Origin: Nitrospirota bacterium
Lineage (GTDB): Bacteria; Nitrospirota; Thermodesulfovibrionia; Thermodesulfovibrionales; JdFR-86
Length of the DNA stretch: 64,000 bases
Direction of reading: 5' to 3'
Assembly (NCBI GenBank): GCA_963721805.1
Contig: CAVRJY010000002.1
Span: 128,001 to 192,000, forward strand
Below are positions 1-10,088 of the stretch, one piece after another. Position 1 is the stretch's first letter. Each line of letters begins with the position of its first letter. The notes under the pieces are model-generated. The model had not been told where the DNA came from. It saw nothing but the letters and a program-made list of their open reading frames with translations, and did no database searches. Both the position numbers and the translations under genes were made by a program.

Positions 1-73
1 GTTTTCAGAGGATGGTGCCCGTGGCACCCCCCTTGACCGGGTCGGATCATAGCGGCTAATATATCTCTCTTAC

Positions 74-160
74 GCCGAAGTGGTGGAACTGGCAGACACG
101 CCAGGTTCAGGGTCTGGTGAGGGTAACCTTGTGGGGGTTCGAATCCCCCCTTCGGCACCA
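74..160 (+). tRNA. tRNA-Leu (anticodon CAG)
   Basis: GCCGAAG/CTTCGGC acceptor stem, anticodon arm CCAGG-TTCAGGG-TCTGG, long variable arm, GGTTCGAATCC T-arm, encoded CCA. Confidence 0.97.
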
Positions 161-181
161 ACTTTATATCTTCCATATCGA

Positions 182-219
182 GCCCCCATTGTGCCCCTCA
201 TTCGGGGCGCAATGGGGGC
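182..219 (+). terminator. Strong hairpin after the tRNA (terminator-like)
   Basis: GCCCCCATTGTGCCCC-TCATTC-GGGGCGCAATGGGGGC, 16-bp stem with one G-U pair; no U-tract. Confidence 0.5.
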
Positions 220-252
220 GCACAGCTCCTGCATCACAAACCATGCCGCCTG

Positions 253-287
253 TTGACAAACCCTCCATATGGCGATAGCATTGCTAT
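253..287 (+). promoter_or_regulatory. Sigma70-type promoter with an overlapping palindrome
   Basis: TTGACA-17nt-TAGCAT; ATAGCA-T-TGCTAT palindrome (275-287) covers the -10; AAGGAGG RBS before ATG 309. Confidence 0.6.
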
Positions 288-308
288 AAACGCACAAGGA
301 GGCAGTCA

Positions 309-1166
309 ATGGGCGCAACTGATGACGCGGGTTCGGGCCTCACAAGGCGCAGGTTTCTGGGCACGACGCTAGGCATCGCGGCGGCGGGTACGGTATCAAT
401 GCTTCTTCCCAACGCGATGGCAGCGGGCGGCGGTACGGAGCAGCCGAAACTCACGACCTACAACGGCTCGACCGACCCCTATCCGATCCCCTGGCTGGAC
501 AAAAACGGCAGCCACAACCAGCCGGCCGGGCCGCACCTCGAGCCGTCGCACATCTTCCATTTCAAGGGGCGGGTCGCCCGCAACTCGGGCTTCGTCGGGA
601 TGGGCACCGACAACGAGGGCAACCGCATACCGTTTGGGTCGCCGACGACCGATTACGGGTATATGCAGGGCGAGTACTGGGCCGCGCGCGCCCCGCAGCG
701 AGGGACGTTCACCCATATATGACTCACGCTCTTTAAGGGGCAGGCTGCCCCTGCTAACCAGATCCACGATTTCCATCCCCCGATAGCGCCCTCAGGGCTC
801 TACTGGGTAGTGCCGGTCCCGGAAGGCGGGCTCGTCATCAGCCCTGACGGCAGGACAGCTACGCTCCAGATGAAGGACGTGGCAGTCGTCGACCAGCCCA
901 AATGGCCCGCGCTCGATGCGCTCGGCACCCCGGCTATAATGAGCTTCAAGATGGTATGGACCGCGACGGACGAAAAAGTCGTCTATGACGACCCGCAGAA
1001 GATGTTCCGTGTCGAGGGCTACCTCGCCAAGGCGCAGCTCGAGGCGCAGGTCGAGGTCCCATCGACCGGCTTCTCCTGGAAGTCCGATCCGCTGGCGAGC
1101 TCGAGTGCCAATTTCGCGGTCATCGGCGACGAGGTCAACGGGCGTTACTATACCCCGATGAAGTAA
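309..1166 (+). CDS. Tat-exported protein with in-frame UGA at 720-722 (candidate selenoprotein, 285 aa if read through)
   Basis: TRRRFLG Tat motif; ORFs 309-722 and 810-1166 are in frame and joined by 29 open codons after the TGA; SECIS-like hairpin follows. Confidence 0.7.
733..757 (+). promoter_or_regulatory. Putative bacterial SECIS element
   Basis: TTA-AGGGGCA-GGC-TGCCCCT-gc-TAA hairpin; loop begins with G about 20 nt 3' of the UGA. Confidence 0.6.
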
Positions 1167-1211
1167 GGGAATGCATACCCGGCCTTCGGTATTCTGCGTT
1201 ATACTCTCCTT

Positions 1212-1962
1212 ATGGCCGGAAACAGGAAGATATCCGAGCTCCCGCGCTCAAGCAGCGGGGACGTGGTCTTCAGCGCCCATGGGCTGACGAAGACATACCA
1301 CATGGGCGAGGTCGACGTGCTGGCCCTGCGCGGCGTGGACGCGGACGTATACGCCGGGGAGTTCATGGTCCTGCTGGGGCCCTCGGGCTCGGGCAAATCC
1401 ACGTTTCTAAACATACTGGGCGGCCTCGACACCGCGACCGGCGGCCAGGTGCTATACAAGGGCTGGGACATCACGCACGCCACCGAGCGCGAGCTGACCG
1501 AGTACCGCCGCCACCACGTGGGGTTCGTCTTTCAGTTTTACAACCTCATCCCCAGCCTGAGCGCGCTCGAAAACGTATCGGTCGTGACCGAGATCGTACA
1601 AAGCCCGATGAAGCCGCAAGACGCGCTCGCCCTGGTCGGGCTCGCGCGAGCGGCTCAACCACTTTCCGTCGCAGCTCTCGGGCGGGGAGCAGCAGCGCGT
1701 CGCCATAGCCCGCGCCATAGCCAAAAACCCCGCCGTGTTGCTCTGTGACGAGCCTACAGGCGCGCTGGACTCCGAGACCGGCGTGCTCGTGCTCGAGGCC
1801 CTGCACACGATCAACCGCGACCTCGGCACGACGACGGTCGTCATCACCCATAACGTCGATATCGGCTCGATCGCCGACAGGGTCGTCAGGCTCAGCGGCG
1901 GGCTCATCGCCGAGATCCGCAAGAACCCCGCCAAGAAGTCCCCGAGCGAGCTTCACTGGTAG
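1212..1962 (+). CDS. ABC transporter ATP-binding protein (LolD/MacB-like); +1 frameshift near 1647
   Basis: GPSGSGKS Walker [11 protein letters not shown]; after the shift [14 protein letters not shown] and LLCDEPTG. Confidence 0.9.
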
Positions 1963-1971
1963 CGCCGCGCG

Positions 1972-4335
1972 ATGAAGGCATTAGACAAGAAGGTCCTGCG
2001 CACGCTATGGAGGATGAAGGGGCAGGCCCTCGCGATAGCGCTCGTGATCGTGGGCGGGGTCGCGACGTTCGTCATGTACCTCAGCGTGATGCAGTCGCTA
2101 AGGTACACGCAGCAGACCTTTTACGCCGAGCACCGGTTCCCGGACGTCTTCGCGACGCTCAAGCGCGCGCCCGAGGACATCAGGCACAGCATCGAGGTCA
2201 TCCCCGGGGTCGAGCGCGTCGAGACGCGCATCGTGGCGTGGGTGAAGGTCGAGGTCGCGGGCTACACCAAGCCGATCACCGGGAAGCTCGTATCGGTGCC
2301 GGACGTGGGCGAGCCCGCCTTCGACACGATCTATCTGCAGAGCGGCAGGTACCTCAGGCCGTGGGCGCTGGATGAGGTGATCATCAGCGACGGCTTCGCC
2401 AAGGCCCAGCACCTCGGCGCCGGAGACCATCTGGTCGTGATCCTCAATGGCAGGGAGCAGCGGTTTAAGATCGTCGGCGTAGGGGTGACGCCGGAGTACA
2501 TCTACCAGCTCGCCCCCGGCTCGCTGATACCGGACTTCGAGCGGTTCGCGATCATGTGGATCGGCAGGCGCGCGATAGAGAACGCCTACGACATGGGCGG
2601 GGCGTTCAACGACGTCACGCTCAGGATCTCAAACGACGTCAACGAGCAGTCGGTCATAAGCCGCCTCGACATGCTGCTCGCCCCGTTCGGGGGCGGCGGC
2701 GCTTACGGCAGGAGCGAGCAGCTCTCGCACCTGTACCTCTCGGAGGAGTTCAAGCAGCTCCAGAAGATGAGCTATATCGCGCCGATCATATTCCTGTCGG
2801 TCGCGGCGTTCCTGCTTAACGTGGTCATAAGCCGGGTCATAAGCACCGAGCGCGAGCAGGCCGCGACATTAAAGGCATTCGGATATTCGAACACCGACAT
2901 AACCATACACTATACGAAGCTCGTGATGGTCATCGTCGCCATCGGCACCATGGGGGGCATCGCGCTCGGGGCCTGGTTCGGCACGAAGGTCAGCGCGATA
3001 TACCAGGACTTCTACCACTTCCCGTTCATCGACTACGTGCTGAGCCCCTGGGTGGCCGGGGCCTCGTTTGTGGTGAGCTTCAGCGCGGCCGCCCTGGGCA
3101 CGGTGTTTTCGATATGGAGGACGACGCGGCTGAGCCCGGCCGAGGCGATGAGGCCGGAGCCCCCGGCCAGGTTCCGGGTGACGCTCATCGAACGCATGGG
3201 GCTCGGCCCCTACCTCTCGGAGCCGACGCGCATCATCGCCCGCAACATAGGCAGGCGGCCCGTGCACTCGGCCCTGACCGTGCTGGGCATCGCGCTCGCC
3301 GGAGGCATCCTCATGATGGGCCAGATGTTCGGGGACTCGATGAACTTCATCATAGCCACGCAGTTCGGGCTCGCCGAGCGCGAGGACATGGTGGTGACCT
3401 TCATAGAGCCCTCGGCCGGCCGCACGCTCTATGAGCTTAAGAGCGTGGGCGGGGTGCGCGACGCCGAGCCGTTCCGCTCGGTGCCGGTGAGGCTCCGGCA
3501 CGGCTACCGCAACTACCTCACCTCGATCAGCGGGCTTCAGAGCAGCCCGGTGCTCTACAGGCTCATCGACGCGAACCTGCGCGTCATGCGCGTGCCCGAA
3601 GACGGCGTGCTGCTTACGGACCACCTCGCGGACGTCCTCGGCGTGAAGGCCGGCGACGAGCTTACGGTAGAGGCGCTCGAGGGCGCAAGGCCGGTGCGGA
3701 GCGTCACCGTGGCCGGCACTGTCCACCAGTTTATCGGGATGAACGCGTTTATGAACATCCATGCCCTGAACAGGCTGATGCGCGAGGGCGACGTCGTCTC
3801 GGGCGCCTACCTCTCGATAGACGCGCCGAGGCAGAAGGACATATTTCAGGCGCTCTTTGAGATGCCGCACGTGCTCGGCATCGACGTGACCGCGCTGGCG
3901 GTCGAGAACTTCAAAAAGACGATGAGCCGCCAGATGCTCGTGTTCGCGTTTTACCTGACGCTGTTTGCGACCTCGATAGCCTTCGGCGTGCTATACAACA
4001 GCGCGCGCATCATGCTCGCCGAGCGCAGCCGCGAGCTTGCGAGCCTCCGCGTCCTGGGCTTTACACGCGCCGAGATAGCCTATATACTTCTTGGTGAGCT
4101 CTCTGTGCTGACGCTGCTTGCGATACCGGTGGGGTTTGCGCTGGGCTACGCGCTGTGCGCATACTTGATAATGAACCTCGCGACCGACATATACAGGATA
4201 CCGCTCGTGGTGTCCTCATCGACCTACGCCTTCTCGGCCACGGTCGTGCTCGTCTCGATGGTGCTCTCTGCCATAATCAGCAAGCGCAAGCTCGACAGGC
4301 TTGACCTGATAAGCGTGCTCAAGGCGAAGGAATAG
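1972..4335 (+). CDS. ABC transporter permease (FtsX/MacB-type, duplicated)
   Basis: Two FtsX-like modules (EREQAATLKAFGY; ERSRELASLRVLGF), multiple TM segments. Confidence 0.9.
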   Translation: MKALDKKVLRTLWRMKGQALAIALVIVGGVATFVMYLSVMQSLRYTQQTFYAEHRFPDVFATLKRAPEDIRHSIEVIPGVERVETRIVAWVKVEVAGYTKPITGKLVSVPDVGEPAFDTIYLQSGRYLRPWALDEVIISDGFAKAQHLGAGDHLVVILNGREQRFKIVGVGVTPEYIYQLAPGSLIPDFERFAIMWIGRRAIENAYDMGGAFNDVTLRISNDVNEQSVISRLDMLLAPFGGGGAYGRSEQLSHLYLSEEFKQLQKMSYIAPIIFLSVAAFLLNVVISRVISTEREQAATLKAFGYSNTDITIHYTKLVMVIVAIGTMGGIALGAWFGTKVSAIYQDFYHFPFIDYVLSPWVAGASFVVSFSAAALGTVFSIWRTTRLSPAEAMRPEPPARFRVTLIERMGLGPYLSEPTRIIARNIGRRPVHSALTVLGIALAGGILMMGQMFGDSMNFIIATQFGLAEREDMVVTFIEPSAGRTLYELKSVGGVRDAEPFRSVPVRLRHGYRNYLTSISGLQSSPVLYRLIDANLRVMRVPEDGVLLTDHLADVLGVKAGDELTVEALEGARPVRSVTVAGTVHQFIGMNAFMNIHALNRLMREGDVVSGAYLSIDAPRQKDIFQALFEMPHVLGIDVTALAVENFKKTMSRQMLVFAFYLTLFATSIAFGVLYNSARIMLAERSRELASLRVLGFTRAEIAYILLGELSVLTLLAIPVGFALGYALCAYLIMNLATDIYRIPLVVSSSTYAFSATVVLVSMVLSAIISKRKLDRLDLISVLKAKE

Positions 4336-4338
4336 GCG

Positions 4339-5526
4339 ATGAAACTCTGGAGAAAGCTGATTGCGGTAATTATCGCGCTGCTCATAGCGGGTCTGATAGC
4401 CTATGGCTTCATGCCCAAGCCGACGATGGTAGAGGCCGTGCGCATCACGCGCGGGGACCTGCGCGTGACCGTCTCGGAGGAGGGCATGACGCGCGAGAAG
4501 GACAGATACGTTATATCCGCCCCGGTGGCCGGATACCTCGGGCGCATAGCGCTAGAGAACGGCGCTGCGGTCGAGGCGGGCGGGGTCGTGGCGGTGATAG
4601 GCCCCGCGCCGTCGGTGCCGCTCGACCCCCGGAGCCGCGAGATGGCCCTCGCGAACGTCAGCGGGGCCGCGGCGGCCCTGAGCGCGGCCTCTGAGAACGC
4701 GAAGTCCGCCAGCGCGCAGGCCGTATACGCCGAGGCCCAGCAAAAGCGCGAGAGCGAACTGCTCGCAAGCGGGTTCGTGTCCAAAGACGACGCCGAACGC
4801 GCCGAGAGCTCGGCCAAGAGCGCGCGGGCCTCTTACGAGTCGGCCAGATATAACGTACAGGCCGCAAGCGATGCGCTTAAGGCCGCGAAGGCCGTGCTCA
4901 GGAGCTTCGGGGCCTCCGGCGGCAGGCAGGACGCGGTCAGGGTGACCGCGCCGGTCGCGGGCGCAGTCTTGAGGATCATCAAAAAGAGCGAGGGCATGGT
5001 AGTGCCGGGCGATCCTATCATGGAGGTCGGCAACCCGGCCTCGCTCGAGGTCGAGGTCGACCTGCTGTCGAGCGACGCGCTGCGCGTCAGGCCGGGCATG
5101 CGGGTGCTGCTAGACCGCCGCGACGGACAGCCGCCGCTTGAGGGCGTCGCGCGCGTGGTCGAGCCCTCGGGGTTTACGAAGATCTCGGCCCTCGGGGTCG
5201 AGGAGCAGAGGGTCTGGGTGATCTGCGACATAACCTCCCCGCACGAGCAATGGAAGAACCTAGGCGACGCCTACAGGCTGGAGGCCACGTTCATAATCGA
5301 CGAGGGCAAAAACCTGCTGCTGGCCCCGGAGGGCGCGCTGTTTCAGCACGAGGGGGGATGGGCCGCGTTCCTGTACGACGACGGGAAGGCCCGGATGGTG
5401 CTTGTGAAGGTCGGCCGCAGAAACGGCATAAACGCCGAGGTCCTGGGCGGTCTGGGCGAGGGGCAGCTCGTGATAAATTACCCGGACAGGTCGCTTACGG
5501 ACGGCGCGAAGGTGAAGCTCAGGTAA
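4339..5526 (+). CDS. Efflux periplasmic adaptor (HlyD/MFP family)
   Basis: N-terminal TM, ISAPVAG/VTAPVAG lipoyl-like halves around an Ala-rich hairpin, FTKISALGVEEQRV. Confidence 0.9.
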   Translation: MKLWRKLIAVIIALLIAGLIAYGFMPKPTMVEAVRITRGDLRVTVSEEGMTREKDRYVISAPVAGYLGRIALENGAAVEAGGVVAVIGPAPSVPLDPRSREMALANVSGAAAALSAASENAKSASAQAVYAEAQQKRESELLASGFVSKDDAERAESSAKSARASYESARYNVQAASDALKAAKAVLRSFGASGGRQDAVRVTAPVAGAVLRIIKKSEGMVVPGDPIMEVGNPASLEVEVDLLSSDALRVRPGMRVLLDRRDGQPPLEGVARVVEPSGFTKISALGVEEQRVWVICDITSPHEQWKNLGDAYRLEATFIIDEGKNLLLAPEGALFQHEGGWAAFLYDDGKARMVLVKVGRRNGINAEVLGGLGEGQLVINYPDRSLTDGAKVKLR

Positions 5527-5569
5527 ACCGGACCACCTCCGGTGCGGCGGGCTGCGCTATAATCTGATA

Positions 5570-6490
5570 ATGGACGGAAAATCCCATGCAGGCCACACGC
5601 ACTCCCATGCCGCGCCCGACCCCGCCGCGATAGACAGGGCGTTTGCCGTAAGCATCGCAGTAAACGGGGCGTTCGTCGCGGTCGAGGCCGTATGGGGGTT
5701 TATGACCGGCTCGCTCGCGCTGCTCTCCGACGCGGGCCACAACCTCGGCGACGTCGCAACGCTGCTGATGGCCCTGATAGCGCACAAGCTCCACGAGATC
5801 AAGCCGAGCCTCAGGTTCACCTACGGCTTCCGCAAGAGCACGATACTCGTCTCGCTCCTGAACTCTGTGTTCCTGCTCATAACCGTCGGCGTCATCGGAT
5901 ACGAGGCCGCAAGAAGGCTCATCAGCCCGACCGCGGTAAACGGGATCACGATAGCGGTCGTCTCGGCCATAGGCATAGCCGTAAACGGCCTGACCGCGCT
6001 GCTGTTTAGGCGCGGCAAGGACAGCGACCTGAACGTCAAGGGGGCGTTTCTGCACCTCGCGGGCGACGCGGTACTCTCGGGCGGGGTCGTGCTGGCCGGG
6101 GTGGCTATCTACCTTACGGGATGGGCATGGCTTGACAGCGCCGTGAGCTTCGTGATCATAGGGTTCATCACGTACAGCACCTGGGGGCTGCTAAAAGACA
6201 GCCTGATGCTCTCGCTCCTCGGCGTCCCTGGCCACATAGACATGGACCTCGTCAGGGAGGCCGCGCTCGGTGTCGCAGGCGTCAGGGACATCCACCATAT
6301 CCATGTCTGGGCGATCAGCACGACGCAGACCGCCCTGACCGCGCATGTCGTTGTCTCTGCGGTCTACCGCAACGGCTTCGAGGGCATCCTCCATGAGCTC
6401 AGGCACAGGTTTGAGGCGATGGGGATCACGCACAGCACGATAGAGATCGAGTCCGAGAGCGCGAAGTGCGACAACGAGGTCTGCGCCTGA
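5570..6490 (+). CDS. Cation diffusion facilitator (CzcD/ZitB-like)
   Basis: His-rich N-terminus, SLALLSDAGHNLGD, AFLHLAGD, HHIHVW. Confidence 0.93.
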   Translation: MDGKSHAGHTHSHAAPDPAAIDRAFAVSIAVNGAFVAVEAVWGFMTGSLALLSDAGHNLGDVATLLMALIAHKLHEIKPSLRFTYGFRKSTILVSLLNSVFLLITVGVIGYEAARRLISPTAVNGITIAVVSAIGIAVNGLTALLFRRGKDSDLNVKGAFLHLAGDAVLSGGVVLAGVAIYLTGWAWLDSAVSFVIIGFITYSTWGLLKDSLMLSLLGVPGHIDMDLVREAALGVAGVRDIHHIHVWAISTTQTALTAHVVVSAVYRNGFEGILHELRHRFEAMGITHSTIEIESESAKCDNEVCA

Positions 6491-6497
6491 TGCTCCG

Positions 6498-7253
6498 CTA
6501 CTTGCCCCCGCGCTGCCTGACGACCTCGTAAAGCAGTATCCCGGCCGCGACAGAGGTGTTAAGCGAATTCACCTTGCCCCGCATCGGGAGGCTCAGGATC
6601 ATGTTGCAGCGCTCGCGCACCGTACGCCTGAGGCCCTTGCCCTCCGAGCCTATCACGACCGCGACCGGGCCCTTCAAGTCGGCCCCCCACGGCGTGCGCT
6701 CGCCCCCGGCCTCGGCCCCGACGATCAGCACTCCCTGGTCCTTCATCGCGTCCATTGCGTGCTTGATGTTCGAAAGCACGCATATCGGCACGTGCTCTGC
6801 CGCGCCAGCGGACGCCTTGATCGCTTCGCCTGTGACGGGTGCGGTGCGGCGCTCCTGCATCACGACGCCGTGCGCCCCCGAGGCATCGACCGAACGCAGC
6901 ACAGCACCAAGGTTGCGAGGGTCTTCTATAAGGTCTATGATCACGAAAAACGGCTGCTCACCCTTCTTTGCCGGGATTGCCAGCAGGGCATCGAGCTCTA
7001 TATTGCCGCCGCGCGCGCCGGCCTCCTCGCTACGCTGCACCTCGGCCGCGACGCCCTGATGCCCCTTCGGGAACTTGGCGTCGAAGAACGCGCCGTCGTG
7101 CATCACGCGGGGCTTGATGCCGGCCGTCTCGGCCTGCTTGATGATCTCGGAGAGAGCGCCCCGCCGCGCGGCCAGTACGTATAGCGACTTCAGCCTGGTC
7201 CCTGCTCGCAGGGCCTCTTTTATCGGATTTACGCCATATATCCAGCCTCGCAT
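6498..7253 (-). CDS. rlmB: 23S rRNA (Gm2251) 2'-O-methyltransferase
   Basis: HQGV, DPRNLGAVLRS, GSEGKG, SLNTSVA SpoU motifs; follows cysS. Confidence 0.92.
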   Translation of the reverse strand: MRGWIYGVNPIKEALRAGTRLKSLYVLAARRGALSEIIKQAETAGIKPRVMHDGAFFDAKFPKGHQGVAAEVQRSEEAGARGGNIELDALLAIPAKKGEQPFFVIIDLIEDPRNLGAVLRSVDASGAHGVVMQERRTAPVTGEAIKASAGAAEHVPICVLSNIKHAMDAMKDQGVLIVGAEAGGERTPWGADLKGPVAVVIGSEGKGLRRTVRERCNMILSLPMRGKVNSLNTSVAAGILLYEVVRQRGGK

Positions 7254-7254
7254 G

Positions 7255-9381
7255 CTATGCACCTGCCTTAATGCGCCATGCGGTACCGCTCGCGCGGTCC
7301 TCAAGCACTATGCCATGTCCGTCGAGTTCGGCCCTGATAGCGTCCGATGCGGCCCAGTCCTTGGCCTCGCGCGCCTCGTTGCGGAGGCGAAGCCTCTCCT
7401 CTATTTCAGCCTCAGTAATACCTATGTCCTTCACCCGCATAAGCGCGCGGGCCCACTCGCCGGGCGTCCGCTGAAACACGCGCAGCACCGTCCCCGTGTC
7501 CTTGAGCGCGCTTAAGGCCTTCTTTACAAGCTCGTTCGCCGCGGCCCCCGAGGGTTTCCTGTCGAGGAAGCGGTTGATCTCGCGTATAAGCTCGAACATG
7601 TAGCCCACGGCCATCGCGGTGTTGAAGTCGTCGTCCATCGCGGCCTCCCACTGCGGGATGAACCTCGAGAGCACCTCATCGAGTTCGGCCGAGCCGTCCG
7701 TGCGCTCTTTGCCGCCCTTGCCCTCGCAGAAGCCCTCGCAGCGCGATATCGTGAGATAGAACCTGTCTATCGAGCTCTCGGTCTCTTTAAGCTGCTCGTC
7801 CGAGAACTCTATCGGGCTCCTATAATGGGTCTGAAGGAGGAAGAGCCTGATGACCTCGGCGTCGAACCGCGCCAGTATCTCCTCTATCGTGAAGAAGTTG
7901 CCCAGGGACTTCGACATCTTCTCCTTGTCCACGGTGATGAAGCCGTTGTGCACCCAGTACCTAACGAAGGGCTTGCCTGTATACGCCTCTGACTGCGCGA
8001 GCTCGTTTTCGTGGTGCGGGAATATGAGGTCAGCCCCGCCGCCGTGGATGTCAAACGTAGGGCCCAAGTGCTTTATGCTCATCGCGGAGCACTCGATGTG
8101 CCATCCGGGGCGTCCCGGCCCCCACGGGCTCTGCCACGAGGGCTCGCCCGGCTTCGACGACTTCCAGAGAGCGAAGTCCATCGGGTGGCGCTTGCGCGTA
8201 TCGACGTCCACGCGCGCCCCGGCCAGCATGTCATCGAGGTTCCGGCCCGAGAGCTTGCCGTATGACGGGTATGTGCTGATCTCGAAGTATACGTCGCCCT
8301 CGACCTCATACGCGTGGCCGCGCTCGATCAGCCCGGCGACGAGCTCGATGATCTCGGGGATATGCTCGGTCGCCTTGGGCTCGACGTCCGCGGGCTCGAC
8401 GCCCAGCGCGCCCATGTCGATCTGGTATTTCTCGGTATACATGGCTGCGAGCGCGTCCCAAGCCACGCCGCGTTCGCGGGCGCGGTTGATGATCTTATCG
8501 TCTATGTCCGTGAAGTTCTTGACGAACTTCACTTCGAGGCCCTTGCGCCTGAGGTACTGGCGCATCATGTCAAAGACGATCGCGCTGCGCGCGTGTCCGA
8601 TGTGGCATACGTCGTATACCGTCACGCCGCAGGCGTATATGCCGACCTTGCCCGGCGTGATCGGGATGAACTCCTCCTTGCGGCCGGACATCGTGTTAAA
8701 GACCTTCATTATGGCTCCTTTGGATTCCTCTACAGTGGCCCTGTGGCCGCGTTCGAGCTCTGCGATGCGGTGCTCCAAATCTATAAACCGTTCCTCGACG
8801 GGGTCGGGCATATGCACGTGGTCGAGCATCTCGACGATCCCCTCGTCCTGCAGTTGGAAGACCTTTTTCTTGATGACGCGGCCCGGCACTCCGACCACTA
8901 TCGCGTGCGAGGGCACGGGTTTTAAGACCACGGAATTAGCGCCTATTTTAGCATAATCGCCTATCGTGATAGCCCCGAGGACCTTCGCCCCCGCGCCCAC
9001 GACCACGCCCGTGCCGAGCGTGGGATGGCGCTTGCCCTTCTCCTTGCCGGTGCCGCCGAGCGTCACGCCCTGATAGAGCAGGCAGCCGGGGCCGACCTCG
9101 GCGGTCTCGCCGATAACGAGCCCCACGCCATGGTCGATGCAGACGCCGCCCGCGATCTTCGCAGCCGGGTGTATCTCGATCCCGCAGATGATCTTCACTA
9201 CCGTCGAGATGATCGCCGGCACTAGCGGCACGCCGAGGTTATACAGCCGGTGGCCGACGCGGTGACATATCAGGGCGTGCAGCCCGGAATAAGTCAGCGC
9301 AACCGTAACCCGACTGCGCGCGGCGGGGTCTTTCTCGAAGATTTCCCTGAAATCGGCAGCTATTTCGGTAAATAGAGACAT
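7255..9381 (-). CDS. cysE-cysS: Fused serine O-acetyltransferase / cysteinyl-tRNA synthetase
   Basis: DPAAR, IEIHP, GVTLGGTG, KRHPT (CysE) in one frame with CGVTVY, HIGH, GRPGWHIEC, KMSKS (CysS). Confidence 0.92.
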   Translation of the reverse strand: MSLFTEIAADFREIFEKDPAARSRVTVALTYSGLHALICHRVGHRLYNLGVPLVPAIISTVVKIICGIEIHPAAKIAGGVCIDHGVGLVIGETAEVGPGCLLYQGVTLGGTGKEKGKRHPTLGTGVVVGAGAKVLGAITIGDYAKIGANSVVLKPVPSHAIVVGVPGRVIKKKVFQLQDEGIVEMLDHVHMPDPVEERFIDLEHRIAELERGHRATVEESKGAIMKVFNTMSGRKEEFIPITPGKVGIYACGVTVYDVCHIGHARSAIVFDMMRQYLRRKGLEVKFVKNFTDIDDKIINRARERGVAWDALAAMYTEKYQIDMGALGVEPADVEPKATEHIPEIIELVAGLIERGHAYEVEGDVYFEISTYPSYGKLSGRNLDDMLAGARVDVDTRKRHPMDFALWKSSKPGEPSWQSPWGPGRPGWHIECSAMSIKHLGPTFDIHGGGADLIFPHHENELAQSEAYTGKPFVRYWVHNGFITVDKEKMSKSLGNFFTIEEILARFDAEVIRLFLLQTHYRSPIEFSDEQLKETESSIDRFYLTISRCEGFCEGKGGKERTDGSAELDEVLSRFIPQWEAAMDDDFNTAMAVGYMFELIREINRFLDRKPSGAAANELVKKALSALKDTGTVLRVFQRTPGEWARALMRVKDIGITEAEIEERLRLRNEAREAKDWAASDAIRAELDGHGIVLEDRASGTAWRIKAGA

Positions 9382-9402
9382 CCTCAATTATAACCTTTTT
9401 TG

Positions 9403-9564
9403 AAAGTCGCGCGAAATCGCTTGATACTGCGTCACGGCTCGCAGCCGCGTCCTCAACGTACGTCACAGTACGCCTCCGGGCGGTCTTCTCGCCGTTCCTT
9501 GTCTGAAGACGATTTCTCGCACTTTAAGTTGCTGATGCGGGATCGTGCGAGCGGTCAACGGCAT
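9403..9564 (+). repeat. Structured repeat copy A
   Basis: Core 9403-9525 (AAAGTCGCGCGAAATCG...CGATTTCTCGCACTTT), 27-nt spacer, GGTCAACGGCAT tail. Confidence 0.85.
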
Positions 9565-9626
9565 TGATGTGATTTTCGTGCGGGATATGCGGCCTAAACG
9601 CTGCCCCGATACTCCAAGAAAGTGAC

Positions 9627-10088
9627 CTAACCCTCGCCTTTACTCTTGCGTGGCAATCCATTGCTTTGGAGACCACTTTCAAGATTTCCTAATCTCTCCC
9701 ACACCCAATCTCGCGTTAAATCCAATTCTGCGCTCACTTTCTGACCGTTGCACAATGCGTGTTCAGCGTCTACGATCTCCTGAACCAATGATATGCACCA
9801 GTCACGCGCAAATTCAGCCTCTTCAAGAGGCATAAGGTCAGTGCCACGTCCTGTATTTACCACAGTGCAAATACGATTCCACCTTTCGCGTAGTTTCATT
9901 AGTTCATCTCTTAGACTCAAATCATTAAGGAGTTGGTTATCAATTGTCCCAAAATGCAGAAGGTGTATCGCTTCGTTACGTCGTTGTTCTTTGTGTGCAT
10001 ATTCTGCATGATGTTCTTCACAAAGACCACCCAAGTAAGGTTTATTGTGACATGTGCTATTACGGCATTCCTTTTGTTGTTTAGCCAT
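9627..10088 (-). CDS. Hypothetical protein, AT-rich, with N-terminal Cys/His cluster
   Basis: 153-aa ORF, CRNSTC...GLCEEHH; TATAAT 5 nt before ATG; visibly lower GC than flanks. Confidence 0.7.
   Translation of the reverse strand: MAKQQKECRNSTCHNKPYLGGLCEEHHAEYAHKEQRRNEAIHLLHFGTIDNQLLNDLSLRDELMKLRERWNRICTVVNTGRGTDLMPLEEAEFARDWCISLVQEIVDAEHALCNGQKVSAELDLTRDWVWERLGNLESGLQSNGLPRKSKGEG

Noticed and set aside
74..160. tRNA-Leu as a prophage or island attachment site
   Set aside because: No integrase and no duplicated tRNA 3' end seen in the window.
720..722. Genome-wide UGA reassignment
   Set aside because: TGA ends complete genes here (CDF, leuA, GGDEF genes, pgk-adjacent GGDEF), and no other conserved gene shows an internal TGA.
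9553..9564. Reverse-strand TTGAC in the repeat tails as an outward -35 box
   Set aside because: No consistent -10 at 16-18 nt in the copies examined.
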